Positions 49,324-58,276 of a DNA stretch of 60,450 nt are shown one piece after another. Source of the stretch: a virus (Duplodnaviria > Caudoviricetes). Where the stretch lies: IMG/VR virus record IMGVR_UViG_3300032254_000005, positions 1 through 60,450 of that record; one strand, 5' to 3'. A model generated the notes under the pieces. That model did not search any database. It had not been told where the DNA came from and saw nothing but the letters and a program-made list of their open reading frames with translations. Each line of letters starts with the position of its first letter. Within the stretch, counting starts at the first letter, position 1. Made by a program: the position numbers and the translations under genes.

Positions 49324-51984
49324 ATGGCGGTTTCGGAAAACGATCTTCTTGTGGGGCCAGTCATTCCAGCAGTAGGCGTGGCGACGATCTCGCTCGATTT
49401 CTACTTCGAGAACGAGGACTGGCTGGAGGTTTACAAGACCGGCTCAGAAACGCCGCTTGTTCTTGATACTGATTACACCGTGGCGGGCGAGGGCACTGCC
49501 TCCGGCGTGGTGACGCTGACGACGCCAGCCAACGGCGTTGACGCCTATTATGTCCTTCTTATGGTTCCTGCCGAAAGGTCATCTGATTTCGCCCTGCGCG
49601 GCGACTTCAAGAGCGGCCCGGTAAACGCCGAATTAGATAGGGTCTGGCAACGGCTGCAACGGCACTGGACGGAGTTCAACAGCGCCCTGCGGCTTTCCCC
49701 GGCAGACCGGACAGCTTCGCCGATTTACATGGATACACCAGAGGTAGGGCGTGTTCTGGTTGGCACTGCGGGCGGCGTTGAAAACGGGCCTACGGCTGAT
49801 GAAGTCGCGGCCGCTGAGGGATATTCTGTAGCTGCCGCAACATCTGCCGCGCAGGCCGCGCTGTTTGATGGCCCGCGTTTTGACAACATCACCGATTTCG
49901 GTTCGGACACATTCCTGACCTATACCGCCGGTCAAGACGGAACGGTCGCAGCCGGAACGATCATTCGGGCGTCCGGGCAGTTCGTGGAGATCGCATCGGT
50001 TGGTGCGTCTGACCAACACGGCACCACGGCGGGCGGCGTCAAGTGGTATGAAGCCGGGCCGAATTTCAGCACACGCGCCCGCATGGTTGCGGCCAAGGCG
50101 CGGATGGACGCAGCTGGCGAGACCGTAGCAGATGGAGTAATATGGACGGCTACGGGCTTCCGATATAGAGCATCCGCTGGGGCAACGACGATCAGCGACA
50201 TGGCTGGCTGGCTGGCGGTGGCACCGGTCTATCTTGAACACTACGGCGTTGTAACATCGGCCTCTGCGGCTGGGGCGTCTACGGATTACTCCACTGAATT
50301 GCAAGCCGCGTTGGATGCCACGTCCGGCGATCTGCATTGCACGGGATGGGCATATACTTCGAGTGGTCTTTCGTGGCCAGATTATTGCGGCTTTAAGATC
50401 GTAGGGGATATAGAGTCGGGTGGCATCGTTACTGACAGCGCAATCGGCACAGCAACCAACCTCGTGGATTTCGGAACCGGTCTTGGTCCGTCGATTGATA
50501 GTCTGCACCTGTGGTTCAGGCAAGCAGCCGGTATCACCCTGCGGGCGCAATTGTATGACCATCTACCGCTGGTATCCTTCGATGACGCATCGCGCGGCAA
50601 CATTCGCCACCTGCGCATAAGCCAGGCATCAAAAGGTATCACGGCTCAAGATGGCGTTGGTGGCTCAAATCCCGGCGGCTGGAAAATCCAAGTTGCAGAA
50701 ATAGGAGCGTTTGAATCGCCGTTTGTGACGGATGGCGGGCTGGACTTCATCAAGATCGACAATGTTCACGTCTGGCCGTTTGGGATTTCATCTGACGCTG
50801 ATCTTATGGGGATTTGGTCTGACGGCGCAGCGACTGGCAGCCAGATTATTTCCGCCGATGGCTTGATGATCGACACATTTGCTTCGTTTCAAATGCCATT
50901 GGAAGTTGGCGAAGCAGCAAGCGCTACTATCTTGCCGTTTATTCTTGGACTGCAACTTGACGGTGACGCATCACGGCTGATCTTCAAGGGTGGGCGAAGT
51001 GTTATCAGCGCACTTTATTCCACAAAGACCACCCCATCAGCCACGACAATCGTTGTGGAGGGAGGGACGCACCATCTGAATATGCCGCACCTTATCGGTG
51101 GTGAAGACAACATGACCGAAGTTCAGAGCGGGGCAGAACTCAACGTAAATGGCGGGTACTTGCGCCAGCATCTGAGTGCCAATAAGCGCGGGGGCGTGGT
51201 TAAGTCTGGCGGCGTCTTGCGTTTCAAGGGAACGCATTTCGATTTCCCTACCGGCGCGGGCACCGTGCCATTTATCGAACAGGAATCCGGCGGCATTCTG
51301 GTGGTTGATGGCTGCACGGCACCGCCATCGAATGCAACGGCGCGCTCCGAGGTTGTTAAATACAACAGCGACGTGCAGGGCAATTATCTGGATGGCGAGA
51401 GCCTGTATCCGCACGGCTGCACGTTCACGGCAAACTGGACAACCGGATACTATCGCGCCGGGCGGGTGGTTGCGCCACTCGAGCGCATTGCAACGCTCAC
51501 GCCTTCCTCTACCGTTAGCACCGAACAAACCTGGGGCAGTGGATATTCGCGGGTAAGGCTGGATTTGAACGAGGTGGCCCCGGCGACAGACGGCGCAGCA
51601 CTTCGCTTCCGCTTGCGACAGGGCGGCACATACAATACATCTGGTTATTCGTGGTCAGTTTTCGGGGTAAGCTCCGGCGCGATTAGCGTTTCTGACAGCA
51701 CGGGCGATGTTTCGGGCCTGTTGCACCCGCTGGCCATCACCATCGGCAATGTCGCAACGAATGAGCGCGGCGTGTCGGGCTGGATTGAAATCATCAATCC
51801 AGGCGATAGCGGATTTACCAACTACTTTGGACAAGTCAGGTATTATGACGCATCCGACGCGCCCAAGAGCTTTTCGATCAGCGGGACACTGAAAGTTGCC
51901 GGGGCCGTTGATGGCGCGCAATTATTTTTCGGTGTTGGCAATATCGCCTCCGGCGAAATCATCATTGCAGGCTATAGGGAGTAA
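49324..51984 (+). CDS. Tail fibre/tailspike 2 with T7 gp17-like N-terminal anchor
   Basis: F.F....L.VY, DYTV.G, N.ELD anchor; shares core with 14377..16305; different C-terminal domain. Confidence 0.85.
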   Translation: MAVSENDLLVGPVIPAVGVATISLDFYFENEDWLEVYKTGSETPLVLDTDYTVAGEGTASGVVTLTTPANGVDAYYVLLMVPAERSSDFALRGDFKSGPVNAELDRVWQRLQRHWTEFNSALRLSPADRTASPIYMDTPEVGRVLVGTAGGVENGPTADEVAAAEGYSVAAATSAAQAALFDGPRFDNITDFGSDTFLTYTAGQDGTVAAGTIIRASGQFVEIASVGASDQHGTTAGGVKWYEAGPNFSTRARMVAAKARMDAAGETVADGVIWTATGFRYRASAGATTISDMAGWLAVAPVYLEHYGVVTSASAAGASTDYSTELQAALDATSGDLHCTGWAYTSSGLSWPDYCGFKIVGDIESGGIVTDSAIGTATNLVDFGTGLGPSIDSLHLWFRQAAGITLRAQLYDHLPLVSFDDASRGNIRHLRISQASKGITAQDGVGGSNPGGWKIQVAEIGAFESPFVTDGGLDFIKIDNVHVWPFGISSDADLMGIWSDGAATGSQIISADGLMIDTFASFQMPLEVGEAASATILPFILGLQLDGDASRLIFKGGRSVISALYSTKTTPSATTIVVEGGTHHLNMPHLIGGEDNMTEVQSGAELNVNGGYLRQHLSANKRGGVVKSGGVLRFKGTHFDFPTGAGTVPFIEQESGGILVVDGCTAPPSNATARSEVVKYNSDVQGNYLDGESLYPHGCTFTANWTTGYYRAGRVVAPLERIATLTPSSTVSTEQTWGSGYSRVRLDLNEVAPATDGAALRFRLRQGGTYNTSGYSWSVFGVSSGAISVSDSTGDVSGLLHPLAITIGNVATNERGVSGWIEIINPGDSGFTNYFGQVRYYDASDAPKSFSISGTLKVAGAVDGAQLFFGVGNIASGEIIIAGYRE
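50035..51389 (+). repeat. Long direct repeat, copy 2
   Basis: Matches 14596-15950. Confidence 0.97.
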
Positions 51985-52020
51985 GTGCATGACGTATTGT
52001 CCCGCCCATCAACCCGGCAG

Positions 52021-52070
52021 AGCGGGGGCGTCATGATACCTCTTCGCAAAACCGCCGAAATCATCATGGC
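52021..52070 (+). repeat. 50-bp direct repeat, copy 2
   Basis: 47/50 identical to 16328-16377. Confidence 0.95.
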
Positions 52071-52431
52071 GCTATATGTCATCGGGTTCAGCGGGTTTGT
52101 TGCGGCGAGTCATGCGCGAGGGGTCAACGCTCTTGAGTGGACAGGAATGACGCACTTGGAGGCTTTGCAATTCGCATGGTTATGCCTTGGTGCGTCTGCC
52201 ATTCATGCGTTCGGCATTTGGTTGAATGGGTCTTTCCGATGGTCCCCTTTCATTCGGGCGGCGGCACTCATTGCACTATCCCTGGCGTTCTTAGATCTGG
52301 CTTGGGCCGGTGCTGGGAACACCGCGAGTTACACCTATCTGTGGGTGTTTTTCGGCTTCTTTCTGGCGCTGAGAACAACGGTGCGCGATTGCATTCTTGC
52401 GTGGCGGGGGCGCTATGGAACAACTCATTAA
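52033..52431 (+). CDS. Four-TM membrane protein (lysis cassette)
   Basis: Four hydrophobic segments; start at 52033 or 51985. Confidence 0.7.
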   Translation: MIPLRKTAEIIMALYVIGFSGFVAASHARGVNALEWTGMTHLEALQFAWLCLGASAIHAFGIWLNGSFRWSPFIRAAALIALSLAFLDLAWAGAGNTASYTYLWVFFGFFLALRTTVRDCILAWRGRYGTTH

Positions 52432-52744
52432 TGAATTCGCCGGGTATGGCCCTATCGGTCTAGTCGTGGCTCTCATTATTTTCATGATGCGCGGCGAGAT
52501 CATTGCGACCCTACGCGGTGGAACGACGGAAACAGGCCGCTTGATTGTCGCAATCGACAATAACACGGCTGAGATGTCAAAGATGGTTTCTGCCATTGGC
52601 GAACAGACTAAGCAGTTTGAGAATAACAACCAGTATTTTCAACAGGCCGTCTCCGGCATCCACGATGTCGTTGAGGCGACCGGAAAGACAAGCACTGAAA
52701 TAAACAATCTTAGAATGGATTTGGCCAAGAGAGGTGTTTCGTGA
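52415..52744 (+). CDS. Holin-like single-TM coiled-coil protein
   Basis: GPIGLVVALIIFMM then coiled coil; precedes endolysin. Confidence 0.6.
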   Translation: MEQLINEFAGYGPIGLVVALIIFMMRGEIIATLRGGTTETGRLIVAIDNNTAEMSKMVSAIGEQTKQFENNNQYFQQAVSGIHDVVEATGKTSTEINNLRMDLAKRGVS

Positions 52745-53568
52745 TGGATAAGCAAGCGTTCTACACAAGCCTGCGCCGCCGCAACAGCGGTGTTTTCGGC
52801 ACAAGCCTGTCGCAGAAGCAAGTCGAGGGCATGGAGGCGATCCTTGATGAAGGCGCGCACCTGCCGTTGTCTCATTTGGCCTATGCCCTTGCCACGACAT
52901 ACGGCGAGACCGGCGGACGGATGCAGCCGATTTCCGAAAACATGAATTACACTAGCGCGCGGCGGATCGAACAGGTGTTCTCCAATTCCCGCCGTAAAGG
53001 CATCCCGGGTGACCAGATGGTGCGGAACCCAGAAAAACTGGCAAACACGGTCTATGGCGGCATTCTTGGCAACGGCACCGATAACGGCGATGGCTGGCGG
53101 TTCCGTGGACGGGGGTTTGTTCAGAACACCGGGCGGCTTAATTATGAGAAGGTCCGCGCCTTGACCGGTGTCGATGTGGTCAGCACCCCAGATCTGGCGC
53201 TGCGCATTGATGTTGCAGCCAAGGCGCTCATTGCCGGTATCGAACACGGCATATACACGGGCAAAAAGGCCAGCGACTACCTGCCGGGAGATTACCGCAA
53301 CGCGCGGCGGATCATCAACGGCACATTCGAGGCTGACAAATATGCTGGCTACGCGCGGGCATTCGATGCAGCCCTGACTGAGGCTGGATATCAGGCGCAG
53401 CAAGTCGTGCCAACTTCCCCACCAGCTATGCCGGAAATATACCCAGAACCTGCCCCAACGCGGCCCACACAGCCCATTGATGATGCTTCACGGGCCTCTA
53501 CCAAAAAAAAGCCAGCAACCGGACTGCTGGCGTCGCTCTTGCGCCTGTTTGGCAGCCTGAAAGGATAA
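52741..53568 (+). CDS. Endolysin, glycoside hydrolase family 19
   Basis: AY.LAT...ETG, DGWRFRGRGFVQ.TGR.NY, ARRIING. Confidence 0.9.
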   Translation: MMDKQAFYTSLRRRNSGVFGTSLSQKQVEGMEAILDEGAHLPLSHLAYALATTYGETGGRMQPISENMNYTSARRIEQVFSNSRRKGIPGDQMVRNPEKLANTVYGGILGNGTDNGDGWRFRGRGFVQNTGRLNYEKVRALTGVDVVSTPDLALRIDVAAKALIAGIEHGIYTGKKASDYLPGDYRNARRIINGTFEADKYAGYARAFDAALTEAGYQAQQVVPTSPPAMPEIYPEPAPTRPTQPIDDASRASTKKKPATGLLASLLRLFGSLKG

Positions 53569-53571
53569 CCC

Positions 53572-53811
53572 ATGAACTTCCGGTACTTTCGCCCAACTTC
53601 GCTGACGTGGTGGGCCGGTCTGCTGTCCATCGCCCTTGGCGGCATGGTTATGGCCGGCGCGGGCGCGTGGGCGTCCGAGCTTGGCCGCGTTGTCACGATC
53701 CTGGCTGGCGGTCAGGATGCCAGCCCCGCAGCGCTTATTGTTCTCGGCGCTGGCCTGATCGGCATTCGTGACAAGCTGCAACGCACACTCACGGGTGGTG
53801 ACAATGCTTGA
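53572..53811 (+). CDS. Putative holin
   Basis: Small hydrophobic protein after endolysin; S.TWW, GLIG.R. Confidence 0.6.
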   Translation: MNFRYFRPTSLTWWAGLLSIALGGMVMAGAGAWASELGRVVTILAGGQDASPAALIVLGAGLIGIRDKLQRTLTGGDNA

Positions 53812-54034
53812 TTTGCTGTTCGGAATATGGCCGCAAGTCCTTGCCGGTCTAGGTGCGCTGGTTGGTGTTGCCGTGGCCTATTTCAAGGTGCGCAAGAGCG
53901 GTGTCGATGCAGAGCGCCGCAAAGCAACGGAGAAAGACTATGAACGTGCAAACGAAATTCGTGATCGGGTCGAGTTTGATCTTGCTGACCGCGTGCGCGA
54001 ATACGACGGGCGTGGCTACCGCGACAGAGAATGA
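53804..54034 (+). CDS. Putative i-spanin
   Basis: N-terminal TM plus charged helix. Confidence 0.6.
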   Translation: MLDLLFGIWPQVLAGLGALVGVAVAYFKVRKSGVDAERRKATEKDYERANEIRDRVEFDLADRVREYDGRGYRDRE

Positions 54035-54170
54035 AGTCTGCCGTTCATGGGGCGCGTCGTTAGCAACAAGGTCGGTAGACGACACTCCGCAGACGCAGGC
54101 AGAAATCCAGAACTCCTACGCTGTTTTCTCACTGGCCTGCCCCGAATGGGTTGACCTGATACCGGAGTAA
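53940..54170 (+). CDS. Putative o-spanin lipoprotein
   Basis: Lipobox LLTAC; overlaps the i-spanin. Confidence 0.65.
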   Translation: MNVQTKFVIGSSLILLTACANTTGVATATENEVCRSWGASLATRSVDDTPQTQAEIQNSYAVFSLACPEWVDLIPE

Positions 54171-54174
54171 AGCC

Positions 54175-54574
54175 ATGCGGGCATTTGTTTCTGACATATC
54201 CCGCTTCCTTCACGACGCGCTTTTCCCCGGCCCATCGCAAAGCCTTTGCGCCAGAGCGTGGCAGCATCGAAATGAGTCTGGTTTTTGGGCGGCATGGGTC
54301 CGCATCTTTGGCAGGCATCACTGCGAACGGTCTTTCAGATACCACAGGAGGCATAGAAATGGTTGAGACATTCCAGATTCTGCTGACTATCTGTTCCATG
54401 ACGATGTTCGGGCCAGAATGTGAAGAGCGGAATATTATGGCCCGCAACTGGCCGCTGGCGATATGCAATCAGCAGCGCCGCAGGTTGGAGCGAACAGTTT
54501 CTAGGATTCTGCCGGACGACGATAAAGAGTTTTTCGAGATAGGCGCGATCTGCGTTGCGGGGCAAGGCGTATGA
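54175..54574 (+). CDS. Two small ORFs (54175-54366; 54359-54574)
   Basis: GGAG and AGGAGG RBSs; S..ARAW...HC motif in the first. Confidence 0.5.
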
Positions 54575-54668
54575 TCCGCGCCGGGCGGCTCCCGGCTTTT
54601 GAAGAAAAGGCCCGTGTAGACTAGGCGTTCTGCGCCGCTTCAATCATCTGCCCTGATGATCAAACTCA

Positions 54669-54697
54669 CCCGTCAGCTTCGGCTGGCGGGCTTTTTT
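54669..54697 (+). terminator. Rho-independent terminator ending the late operon
   Basis: cccgtcagc-ttcg-gctggcggg followed by ctttttt. Confidence 0.85.
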
Positions 54698-54774
54698 CGT
54701 TGTTTGCCAAACAGCTTTCCATACCGCATGGCGAATAGATAATGATCCGCACGGAAGGATTTTCGTCATATCAG

Positions 54775-55314
54775 TCATTGTTCTTCATCACACACAGGAT
54801 AGCCGAACTGCGCCATTTCAGATCCGCGTAGGTTTGTGAACAGGGTAGTGATCCGCCCGCTTTCGATACCGTCGAGAAACCAACTGGCAAGCGCTGGGTT
54901 GTAAGTCTCCGCTATATTGGCATTTGCAATATCGCCAGCCGATCCGGTTAGAGGGATCGGTATCACAGTAAGGATACTGACACCAGCAACGGCGCGGTGA
55001 AACCCGAAGATGGTGCTGGCCTCTGCACACGACCCCGGTACGTTCTCGACGAGGAACAGGGCGAATGTTCCGGCACTGGTAAACCGGCCCGACAGGCGCA
55101 CAGGGCGTCCCTCGCTGAATGCCCGAGCCATCATGCGGTTGACATATTCTCGGCCCTGAGCGATGCCCCCGCCGCCCCTGCCGTCGATGATGATGGGCGG
55201 TGCAGATTGGTCAATGGTGCCACTGAACTGTGGCGGCGCAGAGCCTTCCGGCGCAACTGCGCAAGCAGATAGCAGCGCGATAAATGCGAGGGCAACGATA
55301 GCTTTACAGGACAT
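54775..55314 (-). CDS. Lipoprotein with ClpP/crotonase-like motif
   Basis: GGAGG RBS; lipobox LLSAC; GG...G..V.L.G...SAGT...C....FGFH. Confidence 0.65.
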   Translation of the reverse strand: MSCKAIVALAFIALLSACAVAPEGSAPPQFSGTIDQSAPPIIIDGRGGGGIAQGREYVNRMMARAFSEGRPVRLSGRFTSAGTFALFLVENVPGSCAEASTIFGFHRAVAGVSILTVIPIPLTGSAGDIANANIAETYNPALASWFLDGIESGRITTLFTNLRGSEMAQFGYPVCDEEQ

Positions 55315-55356
55315 AATTACCTCCAATAATAAGGGGCCTATATACTTAACTAGCCG

Positions 55357-56088
55357 CTATGAGAATAGCGCATTCTCAGGTGGTTCGATGCTATCCCACC
55401 GCTCAGCGATTGTGGCGCATGCGGCCTCAATATTTTGGAATCGACGGGTTGCATCTGTAGGTGCCGGGATAAATTTCCCGGTTACGCAATCAAGCGTTAG
55501 GCACAGTTTTTCCTCTGGTGCGGTGTCATCTTGAACGTCAATCATTTTGCGACAACCGAAGAGAACAGACGATTGATACGCGCCCACTTCTTCGTCTAGT
55601 GGTTTGTTCTTAGCGTAGCGGATCGTCCCTAAACCAGTGCGCAGCCTATTATTTCGCATCACTCGCTGCACCCCAAAGCGGATATCCGGGTTAACATCCA
55701 CGCCATTAATGTTGGCCTTGAAATTAGCGGAAACGTTTGTAATTTCAGCGGTCTTTGGAAAGGTATCCATGCTGAAGGCCTCGCCATAAGCGATCAAAAA
55801 GTCACCGTTAATGTCGAGCGTGTCGCGTTCAAATTCGCCGTCAGACATCATCTCGTGTAGCCGATGCCCCTCATCGTGCAGAGCCTGGGGAGCGATGCCC
55901 CCCGACAGAAGCGAGTTTGTTATAAAGGTTTTCGCGCGGTCGTGCTGGATTGATCTGGCGATTTTGCGATATTTGCAGTCGCGGATGATGGTGCGCCGTT
56001 TGATTTCAGATGCGACCATATAGTCACTCAGGTAACGCCCATTGACCTTGGGTGTCTTGACCAGTCTGTGTGTGGGTTTATCACTCAT
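55357..56088 (-). CDS. Hypothetical passenger protein (243 aa)
   Basis: Long ORF with normal composition; no family recognised. Confidence 0.7.
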   Translation of the reverse strand: MSDKPTHRLVKTPKVNGRYLSDYMVASEIKRRTIIRDCKYRKIARSIQHDRAKTFITNSLLSGGIAPQALHDEGHRLHEMMSDGEFERDTLDINGDFLIAYGEAFSMDTFPKTAEITNVSANFKANINGVDVNPDIRFGVQRVMRNNRLRTGLGTIRYAKNKPLDEEVGAYQSSVLFGCRKMIDVQDDTAPEEKLCLTLDCVTGKFIPAPTDATRRFQNIEAACATIAERWDSIEPPENALFS

Positions 56089-56113
56089 TCAAAAAACCTT
56101 TCGAGAGGCAGGC

Positions 56114-56341
56114 ATGGCAGATCTCTATCTTACAGGCACAACAGCAGATGGGAAGCGCCTGATGATTGCGCCCATCACGTCTTCCAAACTCGCCAGATGC
56201 CCAGAACCCCCATCCGATACGAGCGGCTACTTTCTCATGGAAGAGCAAGGGAGCGATGCAAATTGCATCGTGAATATTCTCGCGCGAATCTCTGACTCCG
56301 AGGCCGCGTTCCGTCTTGGTCGCTTGTTCTGTATGTCCTAA
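56114..56341 (+). CDS. Hypothetical passenger protein (75 aa)
   Basis: GAGG RBS; fills the gap between two minus-strand genes. Confidence 0.55.
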   Translation: MADLYLTGTTADGKRLMIAPITSSKLARCPEPPSDTSGYFLMEEQGSDANCIVNILARISDSEAAFRLGRLFCMS

Positions 56342-57369
56342 CCCTCGATCAACTTTTGGTCGAACATTGCGGCAATTTGCTCCGCTTCTAGTTTGCCGCC
56401 CTTGAGAACGTTCGCCTTCCCTAGGATGTAGCGTGGGAACTTCGTCGGGAGGTATTCGTTTCTGAACCATCGACGAAAAAGGGGTAGCGCCGCATCCGGG
56501 TAAGCCCACGGAGATTGCGGGTTGCTGGCAGATTGCGGGTAATACGAGGGGTAGTTATGCTCATACTTGATGCGGGCCCCATATTCGTCCTCCAGACTAT
56601 TAGCGGTCCAGAACTTACCCCAAGCCATGCCAACGCTGATGTCCGGCAAAGTTTTGTCGTTGACTGTGAGGTCAGCATTGATGAGGTCAACCGCTAAGCC
56701 CGTGGTTTCGGAAAACAGTATAAAGTATTCGGGTGGGGCGCTATCCTTGAGTATGGATACCCTGTCGTTGAAGTAACGCCACTTGTCCTCTGGTGTATAT
56801 TCCAGTGCTTCATAGATGAATTTTTGAAGGCCGAACCGTGCGAGGTTCCTGTAGTTGGTAACGGCTTCGCCGTGCGGGCTGTTTGCCTCGAACGCGAAAT
56901 ACTCAAGAACGGCCATGCAAACGATATCAGGATAGGCGTAGTGCGTTGAGCCGTCCTTCTGCAATTCCATGTAGAGCGTAGGTTCAAGATATTGGTTCTT
57001 GAAGAGGTATTCTTTCAGAAAGGCATTTCGCCCCTTACCTATCACCTCGTTGTTATATCTTTCTTCCCACTCCTTTGTGATTTCAAATATCGTCTTTCGA
57101 GAAGCGCCCGTTATGCGGGCAAGGCCCATTTGGGTCAGATAGGGCAACCCGTTCTCAAGAACTCCCATCTCGATTCCGTTTACTCGGCGCTCCACTTGAA
57201 TACCAAGGTCCAACGGGATTTGCCGAGGGGGTGCGGGGTAGTCAGGTGAAACAGGCCCTAAGTATTTGAAATTATTACCATCCTTGGGTGCGGGCTTGAC
57301 TATCTTGTCAACCACATCATCAAACGACCCATCCGTAATCGGTTCGATTTTTTCTGGCTTCCTAACCAT
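56338..57369 (-). CDS. bstA: BstA-like abortive-infection protein
   Basis: EMGVL..G.PYL...GLA, AYPD.VCMA.LEY.AFE, PDISVG..W, HNYP..YPQ..SNPQ, YP..AL..FR.W motifs as I recall them for the family. Confidence 0.7.
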   Translation of the reverse strand: MVRKPEKIEPITDGSFDDVVDKIVKPAPKDGNNFKYLGPVSPDYPAPPRQIPLDLGIQVERRVNGIEMGVLENGLPYLTQMGLARITGASRKTIFEITKEWEERYNNEVIGKGRNAFLKEYLFKNQYLEPTLYMELQKDGSTHYAYPDIVCMAVLEYFAFEANSPHGEAVTNYRNLARFGLQKFIYEALEYTPEDKWRYFNDRVSILKDSAPPEYFILFSETTGLAVDLINADLTVNDKTLPDISVGMAWGKFWTANSLEDEYGARIKYEHNYPSYYPQSASNPQSPWAYPDAALPLFRRWFRNEYLPTKFPRYILGKANVLKGGKLEAEQIAAMFDQKLIEG

Positions 57370-57649
57370 TGATAAGTTCCTTATAGGTCAGACGCTTCTC
57401 GACCATCCGGTCAATCGTCATGTTGATGAAGTTCATGGTGCCAACCTTGGCAGTGTTATGGCGGAACGAGAACTCGTTAACATAGCGGTGCAAGTGCTTG
57501 GTACTCATGTAGTGGTAGATACCGTAGTGGCCGCGCTTCAAGAGCACCCACGCCAACATGCCGTAGAGAGCAAGCCGCAGGGACAGAATGCCAGTGCCGG
57601 GGCGTGGTTCGCCGGGCAGGTGGTCTGGTTCGTGATGGTGCCGGGTCAT
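57362..57649 (-). pseudogene. IS1595 transposase C-terminal fragment fused to a phage ORF
   Basis: W..LKRG..G.YH..S.KHL.RYV.EF.FR.N...KRLTY..L; DDE core absent. Confidence 0.85.
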
Positions 57650-57816
57650 TATTCATCCCCTTCCGTTACGTCGATGAAGCCGTAGCAGCCCTCGCCACCG
57701 GGGTAATCTGTGAATGTTTGGTATTTCGGGCGTCCTGGGTCTAAGAAGCGCGCGCACTTACGTGATAGCGGGCATTCCTCACGAAGGCAGCGGGAATAGT
57801 CGAAGGGTAGTTTCAT
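57649..57816 (-). CDS. Small Cys-rich protein (not in ORF track)
   Basis: MKLPFDYSRC...CP...C.RF...C..F; coupled overlaps. Confidence 0.55.
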   Translation of the reverse strand: MKLPFDYSRCLREECPLSRKCARFLDPGRPKYQTFTDYPGGEGCYGFIDVTEGDE

Positions 57817-58091
57817 CACCAAAAATCCTCACTAAATGCGTCCCGTCCATGGGGGTTGTCCCGAACGATTGGCTGCTTGGCTATGTGCGCGATCTGCTTG
57901 GCCTGAACCCTGTTTACGAACCGGCCATCAGAGGTAAGAAACCCTTGGCACCCTGCGGATAGCCAAATGTCTGGAACAAGACCCTCCATACAATGAAGAA
58001 CTTGACCGTGGCGCGCTGGCCTCGGAAGACTAAACGTCAGACCCTTGACCTGCACGGCAGCCGCGACGATGGTTTCTTTGTTATTGCTCAT
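57816..58091 (-). CDS. Conserved phage hypothetical protein
   Basis: IVAAA, P.RH, QGFLTS.GRFV.R..A, FSED.W. Confidence 0.75.
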   Translation of the reverse strand: MSNNKETIVAAAVQVKGLTFSLPRPARHGQVLHCMEGLVPDIWLSAGCQGFLTSDGRFVNRVQAKQIAHIAKQPIVRDNPHGRDAFSEDFW

Positions 58092-58095
58092 GGCG

Positions 58096-58275
58096 TTAGT
58101 CCTTTTTGCAGGCACAGTAATGCGCTATTGGCCGCAACTGGTCTATCCAAGGTTCGCACCGCACCCATGCGGCTTCTGTAGCCTCAGCATACCATGCCCT
58201 TATTGCCTTGCGCAGCCGGTCAAAGTCGCGCAGCATTGTTTCCGCTCGGGCGGCGGTAATAAATGGTTCGGCCAT
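58096..58275 (-). CDS. Hypothetical protein
   Basis: GGAGG RBS. Confidence 0.5.
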   Translation of the reverse strand: MAEPFITAARAETMLRDFDRLRKAIRAWYAEATEAAWVRCEPWIDQLRPIAHYCACKKD

Positions 58276-58276
58276 A

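Larger units (their letters stand above)
55333..57552 (-). mobile_element. Truncated IS1595-family element with passenger genes
   Basis: Transposase C-terminus at 57362-57552; candidate terminal IR ggggcctatatacttaacta at 55333-55352; cargo looks lower in GC. Confidence 0.65.

Noticed and set aside
14596-51389. Diversity-generating retroelement or invertible tail-fibre switch
   Set aside because: No reverse transcriptase or invertase; repeats are direct and both lie in intact genes; mismatches are not adenine-specific
16328-52070. 50-bp repeats as integrase attL/attR
   Set aside because: No integrase between them and no tRNA target; better explained as a gene remnant, though kept as a possible crossover site
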